Shown here: one piece after another, positions 1-9,034 of the stretch
Layout: the number at the start of each line of letters is the position of its first letter
How positions within the stretch are numbered: the stretch's first letter is position 1
Origin: a virus
Taxonomy: Duplodnaviria > Caudoviricetes
Reading direction: 5' to 3' (one strand)
DNA: 49,193 bases
IMG/VR virus record: IMGVR_UViG_3300048852_000120
Coordinates: 1 to 49,193 of that record
Translations under genes and position numbers: made by a program
Notes under the pieces: model-generated
The model's input: only the letters and a program-made list of their open reading frames with translations
What the model was told of the DNA's origin: nothing
Databases searched by the model: none

Positions 1-357
1 TCAATCGGGTCTGTGCTTGATGACTTCGCGCAGAAGGCTGTCGAAGCGGTCCCCCAGCCGGTTTATGGCCCCGGTCAGCCGATCCTCCACTTCCCGCAGC
101 ACCTCGCGAGAAACCAGGCGCTCGGCCTGGGTCTCCCGGTAGGCGGTCAGAGAGGCTTGCAGCAGGGCAACCTTCTCATGGGCGGCATTGGCAGAAGCCA
201 GTGCCTCCCTTGCCTCTCGGCATGCAGCCTCGGCCTCAGCTTTCATCTTCGTGTCCAGCCAGTCTCGTAGCTTGAAAACGGACAGAGCAAAGCCGCCGAC
301 GAAGAGAAGGCCTCCGAGGGTCAGGGCAGTATCTTGGAGGTTAGTAGCACCACCCAT
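1..357 (-). CDS. Lysis-cassette membrane protein (N-terminal TM helix plus coiled coil)
   Basis: ATG at 357 overlaps the holin stop (TAATG); hydrophobic LTLGGLLFVGGFALSVF followed by a heptad-like helix. Confidence 0.7.
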   Translation of the reverse strand: MGGATNLQDTALTLGGLLFVGGFALSVFKLRDWLDTKMKAEAEAACREAREALASANAAHEKVALLQASLTAYRETQAERLVSREVLREVEDRLTGAINRLGDRFDSLLREVIKHRPD

Positions 358-704
358 TACCCAGCCCCCAGCGGCTTGCGGGACTTCCAGCGGCCGTACA
401 GCGTCGTGATGCCACCGAAAATGCTCATGCCCGCTGTCGTATAGACCTCTGTGTTGGTCTCGCCATTCGCCGCGGCTGCGCCAATGGTGGCGATGCCGCC
501 GAGGATGGCGAACAGAGCGCCCCAAGAAACACGACTCTTATAGAAAGGCTCATTGTTCGTCAGGTACTCCAAAACCGGCTGCAGTTCCTTCGCCACCTCC
601 ACTTTGACGACTGGCTTCTCAGGAGCTTCGATCGGCACAGAAGGCGACTTGACGAGCCGGTCAGCAATACGGCTGGCGATGTCGAGAACGATAAGCGGGC
701 TCAT
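357..704 (-). CDS. Putative holin
   Basis: 115 aa, two C-terminal TM segments, EPFYKSRVSWG motif, basic tail, directly downstream of the endolysin. Confidence 0.7.
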   Translation of the reverse strand: MSPLIVLDIASRIADRLVKSPSVPIEAPEKPVVKVEVAKELQPVLEYLTNNEPFYKSRVSWGALFAILGGIATIGAAAANGETNTEVYTTAGMSIFGGITTLYGRWKSRKPLGAG

Positions 705-725
705 GCGAAGATCCTTTTCAGCAGA

Positions 726-1427
726 TCAACAAGGGCAGTAAAAACCCGCCTTGCGTGGCTGGGTAGCGATAACCGGAGCGGGTTCGATGTTGGGGGGCGG
801 TGGGTCTTTGACTTCAGCTAGGCTCAGGGCTGCCAGGAACTCGCGGTGATACTCGGCAATATCCCCAGCCCGATCGAGACCGTTGATGATGCGGCGGGCA
901 TTGTAGGGATCGCTCAGACCCGGCTTGAAGTAGTCGGCGAGCTTCTTGCCCGTGAACCAGCCGGCCTTCATGCCAGAGTACATGATAACCGCCGCGGTAC
1001 CCGCGTGCATGGCAACGTCCGGGCTAGCGACCAGATCGAACCCGACCTCCTTTGAGGCTCTGGTGTAGTTCGTCCGACCCGTCAACTGCACATAGCCCCG
1101 ACCGGCATACTTGGCCCCGTCCCCCAGAGTCAGATTACCGAGCTCTCGCGCCTTCGCGGGACGGTCGCCTTGGATGTCATACATCCGGCGATAGTAGGAT
1201 GCGCCACCGTACTCCTTGATCGGCCGCATGGTGCGTGCTGTTTCGTGGTAAGCCGTGGCGAGGCAATAGGCAAGGTGCTCAACGGGCATATCGGCCGGCG
1301 CAGCGTCCAAAAGGGCGTCCAAGCCCTGCACTTGGCGCTCGGTCAACCAGCCGCCAAAGAGTTTTGAGCCCACAGCCGCAAAGAAGGAGGCGCGGTTCAG
1401 CGCCCGCCCGAATGTCTTGGTGGTCAT
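726..1427 (-). CDS. Glycoside hydrolase family 19 endolysin
   Basis: LAYCLATAYHET and KYAGRGYVQLTGRTNY GH19 motifs; ARRIING. Confidence 0.9.
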   Translation of the reverse strand: MTTKTFGRALNRASFFAAVGSKLFGGWLTERQVQGLDALLDAAPADMPVEHLAYCLATAYHETARTMRPIKEYGGASYYRRMYDIQGDRPAKARELGNLTLGDGAKYAGRGYVQLTGRTNYTRASKEVGFDLVASPDVAMHAGTAAVIMYSGMKAGWFTGKKLADYFKPGLSDPYNARRIINGLDRAGDIAEYHREFLAALSLAEVKDPPPPNIEPAPVIATQPRKAGFYCPC

Positions 1428-1481
1428 GATGTCCTCGCGTCTTATGATGAAAGCAGATATGTGGGCGGCGCCAGCCGCGCG

Positions 1482-1979
1482 TCAGTAGGCACGCGGGATA
1501 GTTGCGAGGATCGTATCGACATCCTCAATCGTGTTGATTACCCCACCCTCAATCCCGGCCACGATATCAGCCTCGGCATCGAAGCAGTTCTGCACGTGCG
1601 CTTCGACAGCATCTGCCGTTGCGATGATAATTGAGTTCGGGATCTCCTCAAACCGCACCGGTGCAGACGACACCTTCCAGCGCGTTGTTCCCTCCGGATG
1701 TTCAAGCGCCTTCGTTCTTTTGCCGAGGATTAGGAGCTTGGAGCGGTCATCCGTCTCAATGGCGGCACCCCCCACCGTTATGCCGCCGGTCTCGATCTCC
1801 CACCGCCTCTGCGCGGCATAGGCTGCGAGATCCGGCTGAGGAGCCTCAGCACCATAGACCGGCGCAAAGCCGACAGGAGCCGGGATGATGACGACATCCG
1901 TTCCATAGACAGAAGCAGGTACCATTTGACCGTCGTCATGCCAGGCGATCACCTGGCCATTTCGGCAGTAGAGTTGCAT
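1482..1979 (-). CDS. DUF4376-like tail fibre assembly protein
   Basis: AAYAAQRRWEIETGGITVGG, TDDRS and HVQNCFDAE motifs; follows the tail fibre gene. Confidence 0.75.
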   Translation of the reverse strand: MQLYCRNGQVIAWHDDGQMVPASVYGTDVVIIPAPVGFAPVYGAEAPQPDLAAYAAQRRWEIETGGITVGGAAIETDDRSKLLILGKRTKALEHPEGTTRWKVSSAPVRFEEIPNSIIIATADAVEAHVQNCFDAEADIVAGIEGGVINTIEDVDTILATIPRAY

Positions 1980-1991
1980 AGCGTAAGCTCC

Positions 1992-3227
1992 TTACTGGAT
2001 CACCATGGAGTTGCTGTTGCCAATTGTGTTCGCAGTAGGAGACGCCACCCCGTTCGGTCCCCCAATCGCTACAATGGTCGAGCCTCGTTCGGCCAAGTAG
2101 CCACCGATGGTATTGCCACCCATCGTAGTACTCTGTGCTGAGATCATTGCAGCAGCTGTGGCAAGATATGCGTAGCCCGCGTTGTTCGAGCCGCTTGTAT
2201 TCTGGGCCCACATCACGGCACCCTCGCAGAACCAACCAGAGGCCCCGTTGTTGTTGGCTGCCGAACCTGAACCGGCCGAGACAACGCCTCCCAGTGATGA
2301 GCTGACACCATAGGAGGCATTGCCGCTGCTGAGGATTGTGCCGCCTGGTGCAGTGCGCAGTGAACTCGCGACCTGTGTTGCGATGCCGACCCCTGCTCCA
2401 CCTGTCGAGAAAACCGGGCCGAACACACCTACGTTTCCGCCGTCGTCCGCATGAATGTTGTACGTCCCGCTTCCGAAGCTATAGACGTTATTGAGCGTGG
2501 CATAACCGGCCGCCACAACCAGTCCACGCCCTCCGAATCCATAGCAGGCAATTCGCAGCAGAGAAGCGAAGCCAAGCCGGAAGACTGGACCATCCACGCC
2601 GACGCTGCCATCTCCTGTGAACAGCACATCCTGAACTGAAATCGAGCCCTGTGCGGAGAACGCTGCGCCACCGGTGAACCGCAGTTCGGTTGGAACCCGA
2701 GCGCGGATCATGGCTAGGTTTGCGGCATTGTCCGAACCACGGGCCGCCGAAGAGCTGCCCGTGACGGTGAGATTGCCCGCTGTTGGAAACCCACCACCCG
2801 TCAGCACAGCGCCAGCAATAGTGACGCGAGCCATATCAGGGTGTGAGATACCGACTGAACTCGCCGAGCCATTATAGACATGCTGCCCGGCGGCAAGTTG
2901 AAATGTCACAGAACCGGTCGCCGTAATGCGACGTCGTGAAAGCCAGGCGAAGGCCGCATTCAGGTTCGGGAAGTCGGCTCCCGCCCCATGTACGGTTCTC
3001 GTGATGGGAGCATCGATGAGGAATATGGCCTCAATGGCCTTGCGAACCTGCTGCAGGTCGGCATCGCCCGGGGTTAGCCCGGCATAACTGATCAGGTGGT
3101 CGAGCTCGCGTAGCGGCTGCTCAACCGCCTTCGCGGCGACACGCGAGCCCTGCTGTCCGGATGTGAGGTTGCGATCGACATAGGCCTCGTTCGGGTTGGT
3201 CGATCCAAAAGGCGGTTGGTACTTCAT
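1992..3227 (-). CDS. Tail fibre / beta-helix receptor-binding protein
   Basis: MKYQPPFG baseplate-anchor N-terminus; Gly/Asn-rich beta-helix-like repeats; follows the gp48-like gene. Confidence 0.8.
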   Translation of the reverse strand: MKYQPPFGSTNPNEAYVDRNLTSGQQGSRVAAKAVEQPLRELDHLISYAGLTPGDADLQQVRKAIEAIFLIDAPITRTVHGAGADFPNLNAAFAWLSRRRITATGSVTFQLAAGQHVYNGSASSVGISHPDMARVTIAGAVLTGGGFPTAGNLTVTGSSSAARGSDNAANLAMIRARVPTELRFTGGAAFSAQGSISVQDVLFTGDGSVGVDGPVFRLGFASLLRIACYGFGGRGLVVAAGYATLNNVYSFGSGTYNIHADDGGNVGVFGPVFSTGGAGVGIATQVASSLRTAPGGTILSSGNASYGVSSSLGGVVSAGSGSAANNNGASGWFCEGAVMWAQNTSGSNNAGYAYLATAAAMISAQSTTMGGNTIGGYLAERGSTIVAIGGPNGVASPTANTIGNSNSMVIQ

Positions 3228-3925
3228 CAGGACACTCCGGAATAATCAAAGATGAGGGTTGTGTGCTCGGGCGCGACGCGCCGCAGGATGCATTCAAGGT
3301 CGGTAGCCGCGACGAAGCCGCCGAGTGGCGTCTCACTAGTGATGGCCTCGCCGGTATAGAACCAGATGTCGCCAAGGCTTAGGACATGCACGACCCATTC
3401 ATGATGGCCGTTCCCGGTGACGGTCGTGTCGTCGCCACCGCATTCCGAGAGCCCGCAGATGAAATCGCCAGGCTCCGTGATGGTGATGTCGTAGCCAACC
3501 GAGGCGGCCAGACAGATAAAGTACGCCAGGCTGGCGCCGCCTTGGGCGCCGTATCGCGCCCGCAACGCATTGATCCGGCCCTGAATGCCCGACTCTGGTG
3601 ACGTGCACAGGTCCGGCAGACCATATTCGGCCTCCCAATCGTCTAGGGAGTACGTGACGGCCGATGGAAAGGTCTGGGCCGCGGCCTCGAATGCGGCCGT
3701 GTAGTAATCAGCCAGCCATCCGGAGAGGGCTGTCCACACCCGCCGCATCACAGGTGAGGCACCCGTGCCATCGCCTGCCTCATCGGTGCCCCAGATGACC
3801 CCGCGCGGCGCCATCGCGATGACCTGCGGCAGCAGATCGTCAGGAGCTGGGGCGCTTTCGTGGTCCGCCACAGAGGGTGGTTGCGCCGGCAGAAGCGCGC
3901 GGGGCCAACCGTCCGGAATGCTCAT
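3227..3925 (-). CDS. Mu gp48-like baseplate wedge protein (YmfQ/DUF2313)
   Basis: PRGVIW, LDDWEAEYGLPD, YFICLAASVGY and LECILRRVAPEHT motifs. Confidence 0.9.
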   Translation of the reverse strand: MSIPDGWPRALLPAQPPSVADHESAPAPDDLLPQVIAMAPRGVIWGTDEAGDGTGASPVMRRVWTALSGWLADYYTAAFEAAAQTFPSAVTYSLDDWEAEYGLPDLCTSPESGIQGRINALRARYGAQGGASLAYFICLAASVGYDITITEPGDFICGLSECGGDDTTVTGNGHHEWVVHVLSLGDIWFYTGEAITSETPLGGFVAATDLECILRRVAPEHTTLIFDYSGVS

Positions 3926-3935
3926 GGCGCCTCAC

Positions 3936-5024
3936 TCAGGTGTAACTGATGGTGCCAAGCACCGGCATATTCGGGGCGGCTGGGTAGGTCAGGTCCGTCG
4001 CCGGGGTGACGAGAACGTGACGCCGCTCGCCCGTCGCGCGCGAGATCGCCTCCGAGATCCAGGATCTGGACAAGGTGAAGTTCACAGACGGTTTCGACGG
4101 CGCGCTCAGATCCGCGAACATGGCCGCGAGCTCGGCCTGGATGGCGACTCGCACCTCCGGCGTGTCCGCCTGGAGACCCGCAATGACGATGCTCACCGGC
4201 TGAGGAATTGGAGTAACGACCGTCACCCGCGCCGTCACAGGCTTACGGATAGGATCGTCGACATATGCCTGAACCGCCGCCACATCCGCCGGCGTCGGGA
4301 TGCCATTCTCACGGTCGGAGCGCAGGAAGGAGATCCAGACCTCGCGTGCATCGCCAATGAAGCTGTCAACGAAGACGCGGGTGATGGCACCGGAGCTTTC
4401 CTTAGTCCAGCGGACCCAGTCCGTGGCCGAACCGCCCTGAGGCGGGTTGCGCTTGCGATCAAGAATGCGCTGCCGGTAGGTCTCAAGAGGCTCGGCATCG
4501 GCTCCGCCTCCCAAGCCTCCGGCCGAAACGGTGGCAGCCTCACCGAGGCCCGCAACGAGACCCGTGTCAACGAGGTTGAGCGTCTGACCGGCGTCAGTAT
4601 TACCGAGCCCCCCGGCTTCGATCGCTTCGAATTCAAGGCTCGTTGCGGATCCTGTGCCGATCGCGCTGGTGCGGGTGCGAAACAGGCGGCCGTCGGCGCT
4701 CCGGTAGGTGATGCCGTAAGGCACAACGGTTCCCGTTGTGCAGTCGACCGTCACGAAACCCGTGGCGACCTTCGCGGGAATGGGCGTGATCCCAAGTTCG
4801 AATCCATGACGTGCGAGCCAAACCTCGTCGGCCGTGGAGGCAAAAAGCTGGCGATAGAGGAAGGCCAGCCGCAGGTGCCATTCCTTGCCGAGCAGTGCGA
4901 GGATCTTGGCCATGATCGGGAACAGGTTCGGCCACAGATCAATCGTGGCTCCTTCCGTCGCATTGGCGATGATGAGGCGTGCTCGCTGGGAGAGGTCAGA
5001 GAGCTTTGGAACAACGAACGTCAT
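3936..5024 (-). CDS. Baseplate J / Mu gp47-like protein
   Basis: QLFASTAD, GGADAEPLETYRQR and PPQGGSATDWVRW motifs. Confidence 0.93.
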   Translation of the reverse strand: MTFVVPKLSDLSQRARLIIANATEGATIDLWPNLFPIMAKILALLGKEWHLRLAFLYRQLFASTADEVWLARHGFELGITPIPAKVATGFVTVDCTTGTVVPYGITYRSADGRLFRTRTSAIGTGSATSLEFEAIEAGGLGNTDAGQTLNLVDTGLVAGLGEAATVSAGGLGGGADAEPLETYRQRILDRKRNPPQGGSATDWVRWTKESSGAITRVFVDSFIGDAREVWISFLRSDRENGIPTPADVAAVQAYVDDPIRKPVTARVTVVTPIPQPVSIVIAGLQADTPEVRVAIQAELAAMFADLSAPSKPSVNFTLSRSWISEAISRATGERRHVLVTPATDLTYPAAPNMPVLGTISYT

Positions 5025-5530
5025 TGAATGAGCTTCCAGAGAGGATCGAACCGAACATTGGCGGTGGTGCGGCCATCACGGCCGATGACAGCGACCTCCA
5101 GCGCGATGCGGCCTTCCGCCTTCTGCACCGTCGCTTTCACGTCGATGCGGGCCGCGAGGCCTTGCCGGGTGAGAGTCCGCAAGGCGCGACGGGCCTCATC
5201 GTCGACCGCCCTGCCCGTCTCATCCGTGAGCTCATGGCGGCGGTAGAGCCAGAGCTTGGAGCCGAGCTCGGCCTCACCGCGCGCCGTATCGATGTCGAAC
5301 CCATCCCCTGGCCAACCGCGGGCATCGCCCGCATGCTCATGCCGCAGCTCGTCGGCCGAGGCGCGCGCATCGGTCAGCAGGCAGAGCACGACCGCAGTGG
5401 CGATCGGGTTCTGCGCGCGCAGGCCAGTGAGCTCGTCGAGCACGAAATCCCCTATCGTGCCATCGATGATCACGACATCGGGCGGCAGGACCGTGCGGTC
5501 TGCCGTGGACAGCGGTTTGATAGTGAGCAT
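5021..5530 (-). CDS. Mu gp46-like baseplate protein
   Basis: TAVVLCLLTDARA, RGWPGD and LGSKLWL motifs. Confidence 0.9.
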   Translation of the reverse strand: MLTIKPLSTADRTVLPPDVVIIDGTIGDFVLDELTGLRAQNPIATAVVLCLLTDARASADELRHEHAGDARGWPGDGFDIDTARGEAELGSKLWLYRRHELTDETGRAVDDEARRALRTLTRQGLAARIDVKATVQKAEGRIALEVAVIGRDGRTTANVRFDPLWKLIQ

Positions 5531-5591
5531 GGGAAACCTTAGACAACTCGAACTTCATTCGGGGGCATCTTCGCCACAGACGCCCGCTACA

Positions 5592-6896
5592 TCATCCACC
5601 GACCGCTGCTTGCAGGGCCGCGTCCGTCATGTACTCGGGGCTCCACAGGTCGGCCGCGAGCGCGATCACACCCGCCGTGATGCCGGGCTCGTGCGAGGGC
5701 CCGGACAGCGGGAGGTCTGTGCCGAGATAGAAGTTGGTGACGTCCATCAAGCCATTGTTCGGGTGCTGCCCCAACGGCTCGGTACTGGCGATGCCCACGC
5801 CGCCGAGCGCGATCTTGCGCTCCGTCGAGTTGGCGGACCACTCATGCCCGGGTTCGCGCCGCCACGACAGGCCAACAGTGATCTGGCTCGTCATCATCGA
5901 CGCCGACGGCATGGCGACACGCAGGGTATTGCCGCCGCGATTGATGGAGTAGAGCGCCCCGTTGGGATAGCCTTCGCTCGGCGCCTCGACGCCGAGGATG
6001 ACACGGCTGTCATCATAGCCGATGATCGTCTTGGTCGATCCAGCCGACGGCGGTGCCAGCAGCTGCAGCCTCCGGATCGACGTTCCGCCCTGCTGGCGCG
6101 CATAATAGCCGATCGCCTCGGGGCTGTAGCGGTAGTGCTCGGGGCCGCGCTCGACGTGCTGATAGTCGGTGATGCCGAGTTGCGTCTCGATGGGCGCAGA
6201 AGGGTCGCGGATCGGGCCGGTCAGACCGTAGAGGCTCAGGCCGCGCACGACGCCCGTGGTCGAATAGTTCAAGACACCTTCTTCGCCACCGACGACCATC
6301 GGCACCATGATCTCGCCCCACTGGAGTTCGTCCGGCCCAGAGCCGGGACGCGCCGGCAGGGTGCCGGAGAAGCCGAGATTGTTGGTGTAGTTGAGCGGGC
6401 CGTTGCCGATCCACGAGTGAATGTAGAGGCTGTCTCCGGCAAGGTTCGCCTGCGTGCCGTTGACGAGCTGGCCGCCGTGCTGGGCGGGGACACGGTTAAA
6501 GCGGCGCTGCGGGTCGACCTGCAGCGCAGGGTAACCGAGAAAGGACGCGATGCGCGGCTGATTGTCGGGCAGCGGCACGAAGCTGCTGGTGGCCGGATCA
6601 TAGGCCTGCCACGGCACCTCATCGAAGCCAAGTTCAGGCGGCAGCGGGCGCGTGACCGCGTAATACTCGGCAAAGCTCACTTCGCGTTTGGGGAACCGAC
6701 CGTGCTCGTCGCGCACGAGGATTGGCTGGCCATCGCCATCGAGCGCAGGCAGCGCATAGCGTCCCGTGCCAGGAAGCGCCACGGACGCGTAGGTGCCATA
6801 GGCCTCACTCTCGTACCATGGCTTACCCGCAGCTCTTCGCTGCCCAGAGATCCGGGGCACCATTAAGGGACGACGGCCAGAGAATGCCTGAAGCAT
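5592..6896 (-). CDS. Hypothetical virion-associated beta-rich protein
   Basis: 434-aa ORF inside the tail operon; ATG at 6896 just after the upstream stop; no family recognised. Confidence 0.65.
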   Translation of the reverse strand: MLQAFSGRRPLMVPRISGQRRAAGKPWYESEAYGTYASVALPGTGRYALPALDGDGQPILVRDEHGRFPKREVSFAEYYAVTRPLPPELGFDEVPWQAYDPATSSFVPLPDNQPRIASFLGYPALQVDPQRRFNRVPAQHGGQLVNGTQANLAGDSLYIHSWIGNGPLNYTNNLGFSGTLPARPGSGPDELQWGEIMVPMVVGGEEGVLNYSTTGVVRGLSLYGLTGPIRDPSAPIETQLGITDYQHVERGPEHYRYSPEAIGYYARQQGGTSIRRLQLLAPPSAGSTKTIIGYDDSRVILGVEAPSEGYPNGALYSINRGGNTLRVAMPSASMMTSQITVGLSWRREPGHEWSANSTERKIALGGVGIASTEPLGQHPNNGLMDVTNFYLGTDLPLSGPSHEPGITAGVIALAADLWSPEYMTDAALQAAVGG

Positions 6897-7142
6897 CAGA
6901 GCCTCACATGTAGAAGGCGAGAGATACCATGCAGTCTTCCGGCGCAATCAGCCCGATTGATGTGACGCCTTCAGGGATCCTCCGCGCAGACGGATTGAGC
7001 TCACTCGCGCTGCCATCCGCCACTTCACTGGTGGGAACGGCAGCAGCTCCATCAAACTTGGCGTAGAAATCACCCTTGCTGCTAAAGATCACGTACTTCG
7101 CGTCAGGTGGAATCGTATGCGTCTCCGCCCCATTGGCAGCTA

Positions 7143-8243
7143 TTGATCTTCACGCGTCGGGTGTAACATAGGGCAGTGTCAATCATCGTGAGGAGGTGCG
7201 CGATGGAAGGCAACGTTTGGCGGCCGACGCATCTGACGTCGGAGCAGATGGAGGAGCGGCGTCTGACAGCCGCGACGCTGTTGCGGCAAGGGCAGCTCTC
7301 TCAAGCAGACATTGCCCGGCATGTGGGGGTCAGTCGCGCCAGTGTCTGCCGCTGGGCTGCGACCCTGGCCCAAGAGGGCCCGCGCGGTCTGGAAGCGCGC
7401 CCCATCCCGGGACCATCGCCCCGCCTTGATGAGAAGGCCTGGGCTCGTCTGGGCCGGCTGTTGGATCGGGGTGCGGTGGCGGCAGGCTTTGCCACTGAAC
7501 GGTGGACGCTTGAGCGCATCGCTGCCCTGATCGCGCGGGAGTTCGGGGTCCACTACCACCCGCGCTACCTGGAGCGGCCGCTCAAGGCGCACGGCTTCAG
7601 CGTGCAGCGTCCCGCCACCCGGGCGAAGGAGCGCGAGGAGCTGGTGATCGCGGTCTGGCCCAAGCGGGACTGGGTGGCGCTGAAAAAAAGGCGCGTCGGG
7701 AGCACCGGACCCTGGTCCTCTGGGACGAGACCGGCCACAGCTTCCGGATCCGGCCGGGCACGACCTGGGCGCGGCGCGGCCTGACCCCGGTGCTCCAACG
7801 GGTGAGCAAGCGACGCGAGGTGTCGAGCATCGTGGCGATCACGCCGGATGGGCGGCTGTATGCGCGTCATTTCCGCACCGCCATCTCGAGCCGCTGTGTC
7901 ATTCAGGCTCTGCGCTTCTTCCGCCGCAAGATCGGCACGCCACTGCTGGTGGTCTGGGATCGGCTCAACGCCCACCGCTCACGGGCGACAACGGACTTCA
8001 TCGCTTCGCATGCGCAGGATTATGCGGTCGCCTATCTGCCGGCGTATGCCCCGGAGTTGAATCCGGAGGAGCAGTGCAATGCCCTCGTCAAACGCGCCAT
8101 GGCGAACGCTTTGCCCGGATCAGTCGACGACTTGCATCGGCTCGCCCGTCGCGAGTTTGGCCGCCTCAAACGTCACCGCGAGATGATCGTGCGCTTCTTC
8201 CGCCATGCAGGTCTCTCCGTTACCGGCATCCCGTGAAGATCAT
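7143..8243 (+). mobile_element. IS630-family insertion sequence (1101 bp)
   Basis: Terminal inverted repeats with core TGATCTTCACG; TA duplication at 7141-7142 and 8244-8245; CTAG target. Confidence 0.95.
7203..8236 (+). CDS. IS630 transposase, two ORFs joined by a -1 shift at the A7 run (7683-7689)
   Basis: ORF A has HTH/winged-HTH motifs; the -1 frame gives KKARREHRTLVLWDETG...WDRLNAH...YAPELNPEE (DDE triad); GAGGAGG RBS. Confidence 0.92.
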
Positions 8244-8381
8244 TAGCACGCGGGCATCCACGTGGTCCGAGGCTACCGGTGTGAACGCAGCCCTAGGACC
8301 GCCATGGTCTTGAGAATTATGAAGGAACTGACGCATGGATTGCTCTCCGCAAATCAGGATAGGCGATGAGAACGGCAGACG

Positions 8382-8645
8382 TCAGGAACACTCGAAGTTT
8401 GGGGATCCGTCGGAGATCACGGCCCCACAGCCGCAGATGCTGCCGATTCGGGCGGCAGGTTTGCCCTCCACCTCGAGCGTTGGCGAGCCGGTCACGATCT
8501 GCGTCACCCCATGGCCGAGGATCGGGCAGGAATGAAGATCACCGACACGGGCGATGAGAATGCCGTCAGCTTCTGTGCGGGAAGCCGACGAAATGATGAC
8601 ACCGCCGTGTGAGGAGCTGTCGCCTAATCTTGCTACTCGCGGCAT
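8382..8645 (-). CDS. PAAR-domain spike tip protein
   Basis: ARLGDSSSHGG, IARVGDLHSCP and KPAARIGSICGCGA repeats. Confidence 0.93.
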   Translation of the reverse strand: MPRVARLGDSSSHGGVIISSASRTEADGILIARVGDLHSCPILGHGVTQIVTGSPTLEVEGKPAARIGSICGCGAVISDGSPNFECS

Positions 8646-9034
8646 CAGTTGATCTTTACCTTGCCGCCTTCCATCATGATGGTGGCGCCGTTGCAGATCA
8701 CCTCGACCTTCTGGCTGTGCACGATCCGCAGATTCTGCTGCACGAGCGAGACCGTCGAGCCGAACATGTCGTAGAGCATGGTCCCTCCGACAGGCGTGCT
8801 CTTCGGCCGGTACTGCGCGCTCTCCAGCCCCAAGGACACGACTAGGTCTCGCCGGCCATGCAGCGCCATGCCGATGCCGTGTGATCCGGCCGGCGCGGCG
8901 GATGACAGACCGAAGTGTTGCACCCGGTGAACCTTCGTCAGCTCCTCACCCCCTACGCCGTAGAGAGTGACGGTCTGCTGGTCACCGTCATCCTGCGTTT
9001 CGCGCAGCTCCGTGCGGAAGATGTCGTAGCTCAT
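8645..9034 (-). CDS. Mu gp45-like baseplate central spike
   Basis: ATG at 9034 coupled to the upstream stop (ATGA); VHRVQHFGLSS and YRPKSTPVGGTMLYD motifs. Confidence 0.85.
   Translation of the reverse strand: MSYDIFRTELRETQDDGDQQTVTLYGVGGEELTKVHRVQHFGLSSAAPAGSHGIGMALHGRRDLVVSLGLESAQYRPKSTPVGGTMLYDMFGSTVSLVQQNLRIVHSQKVEVICNGATIMMEGGKVKIN

Larger units (their letters stand above)
6904..8336 (-). pseudogene. 109-aa phage gene split by IS630 (8336-8244 joined to 7140-6904)
   Basis: Removing the IS and one TA restores the frame MRQFLHNSQDHGGPRAAFTPVASDHVDARVL/AANGAETHTIPPDAKYVIFS...LAFYM; GGAG RBS upstream of 8336. Confidence 0.88.

Noticed and set aside
1992-3227. Diversity-generating retroelement or invertible tail-fibre cassette
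   Set aside because: No reverse transcriptase, invertase, template repeat or inverted crossover sites seen in the window
3765-6866. Long plus-strand ORFs (420 aa and 536 aa)
   Set aside because: Antisense shadows of baseplate-region genes in GC-rich DNA; Arg-rich and without motifs
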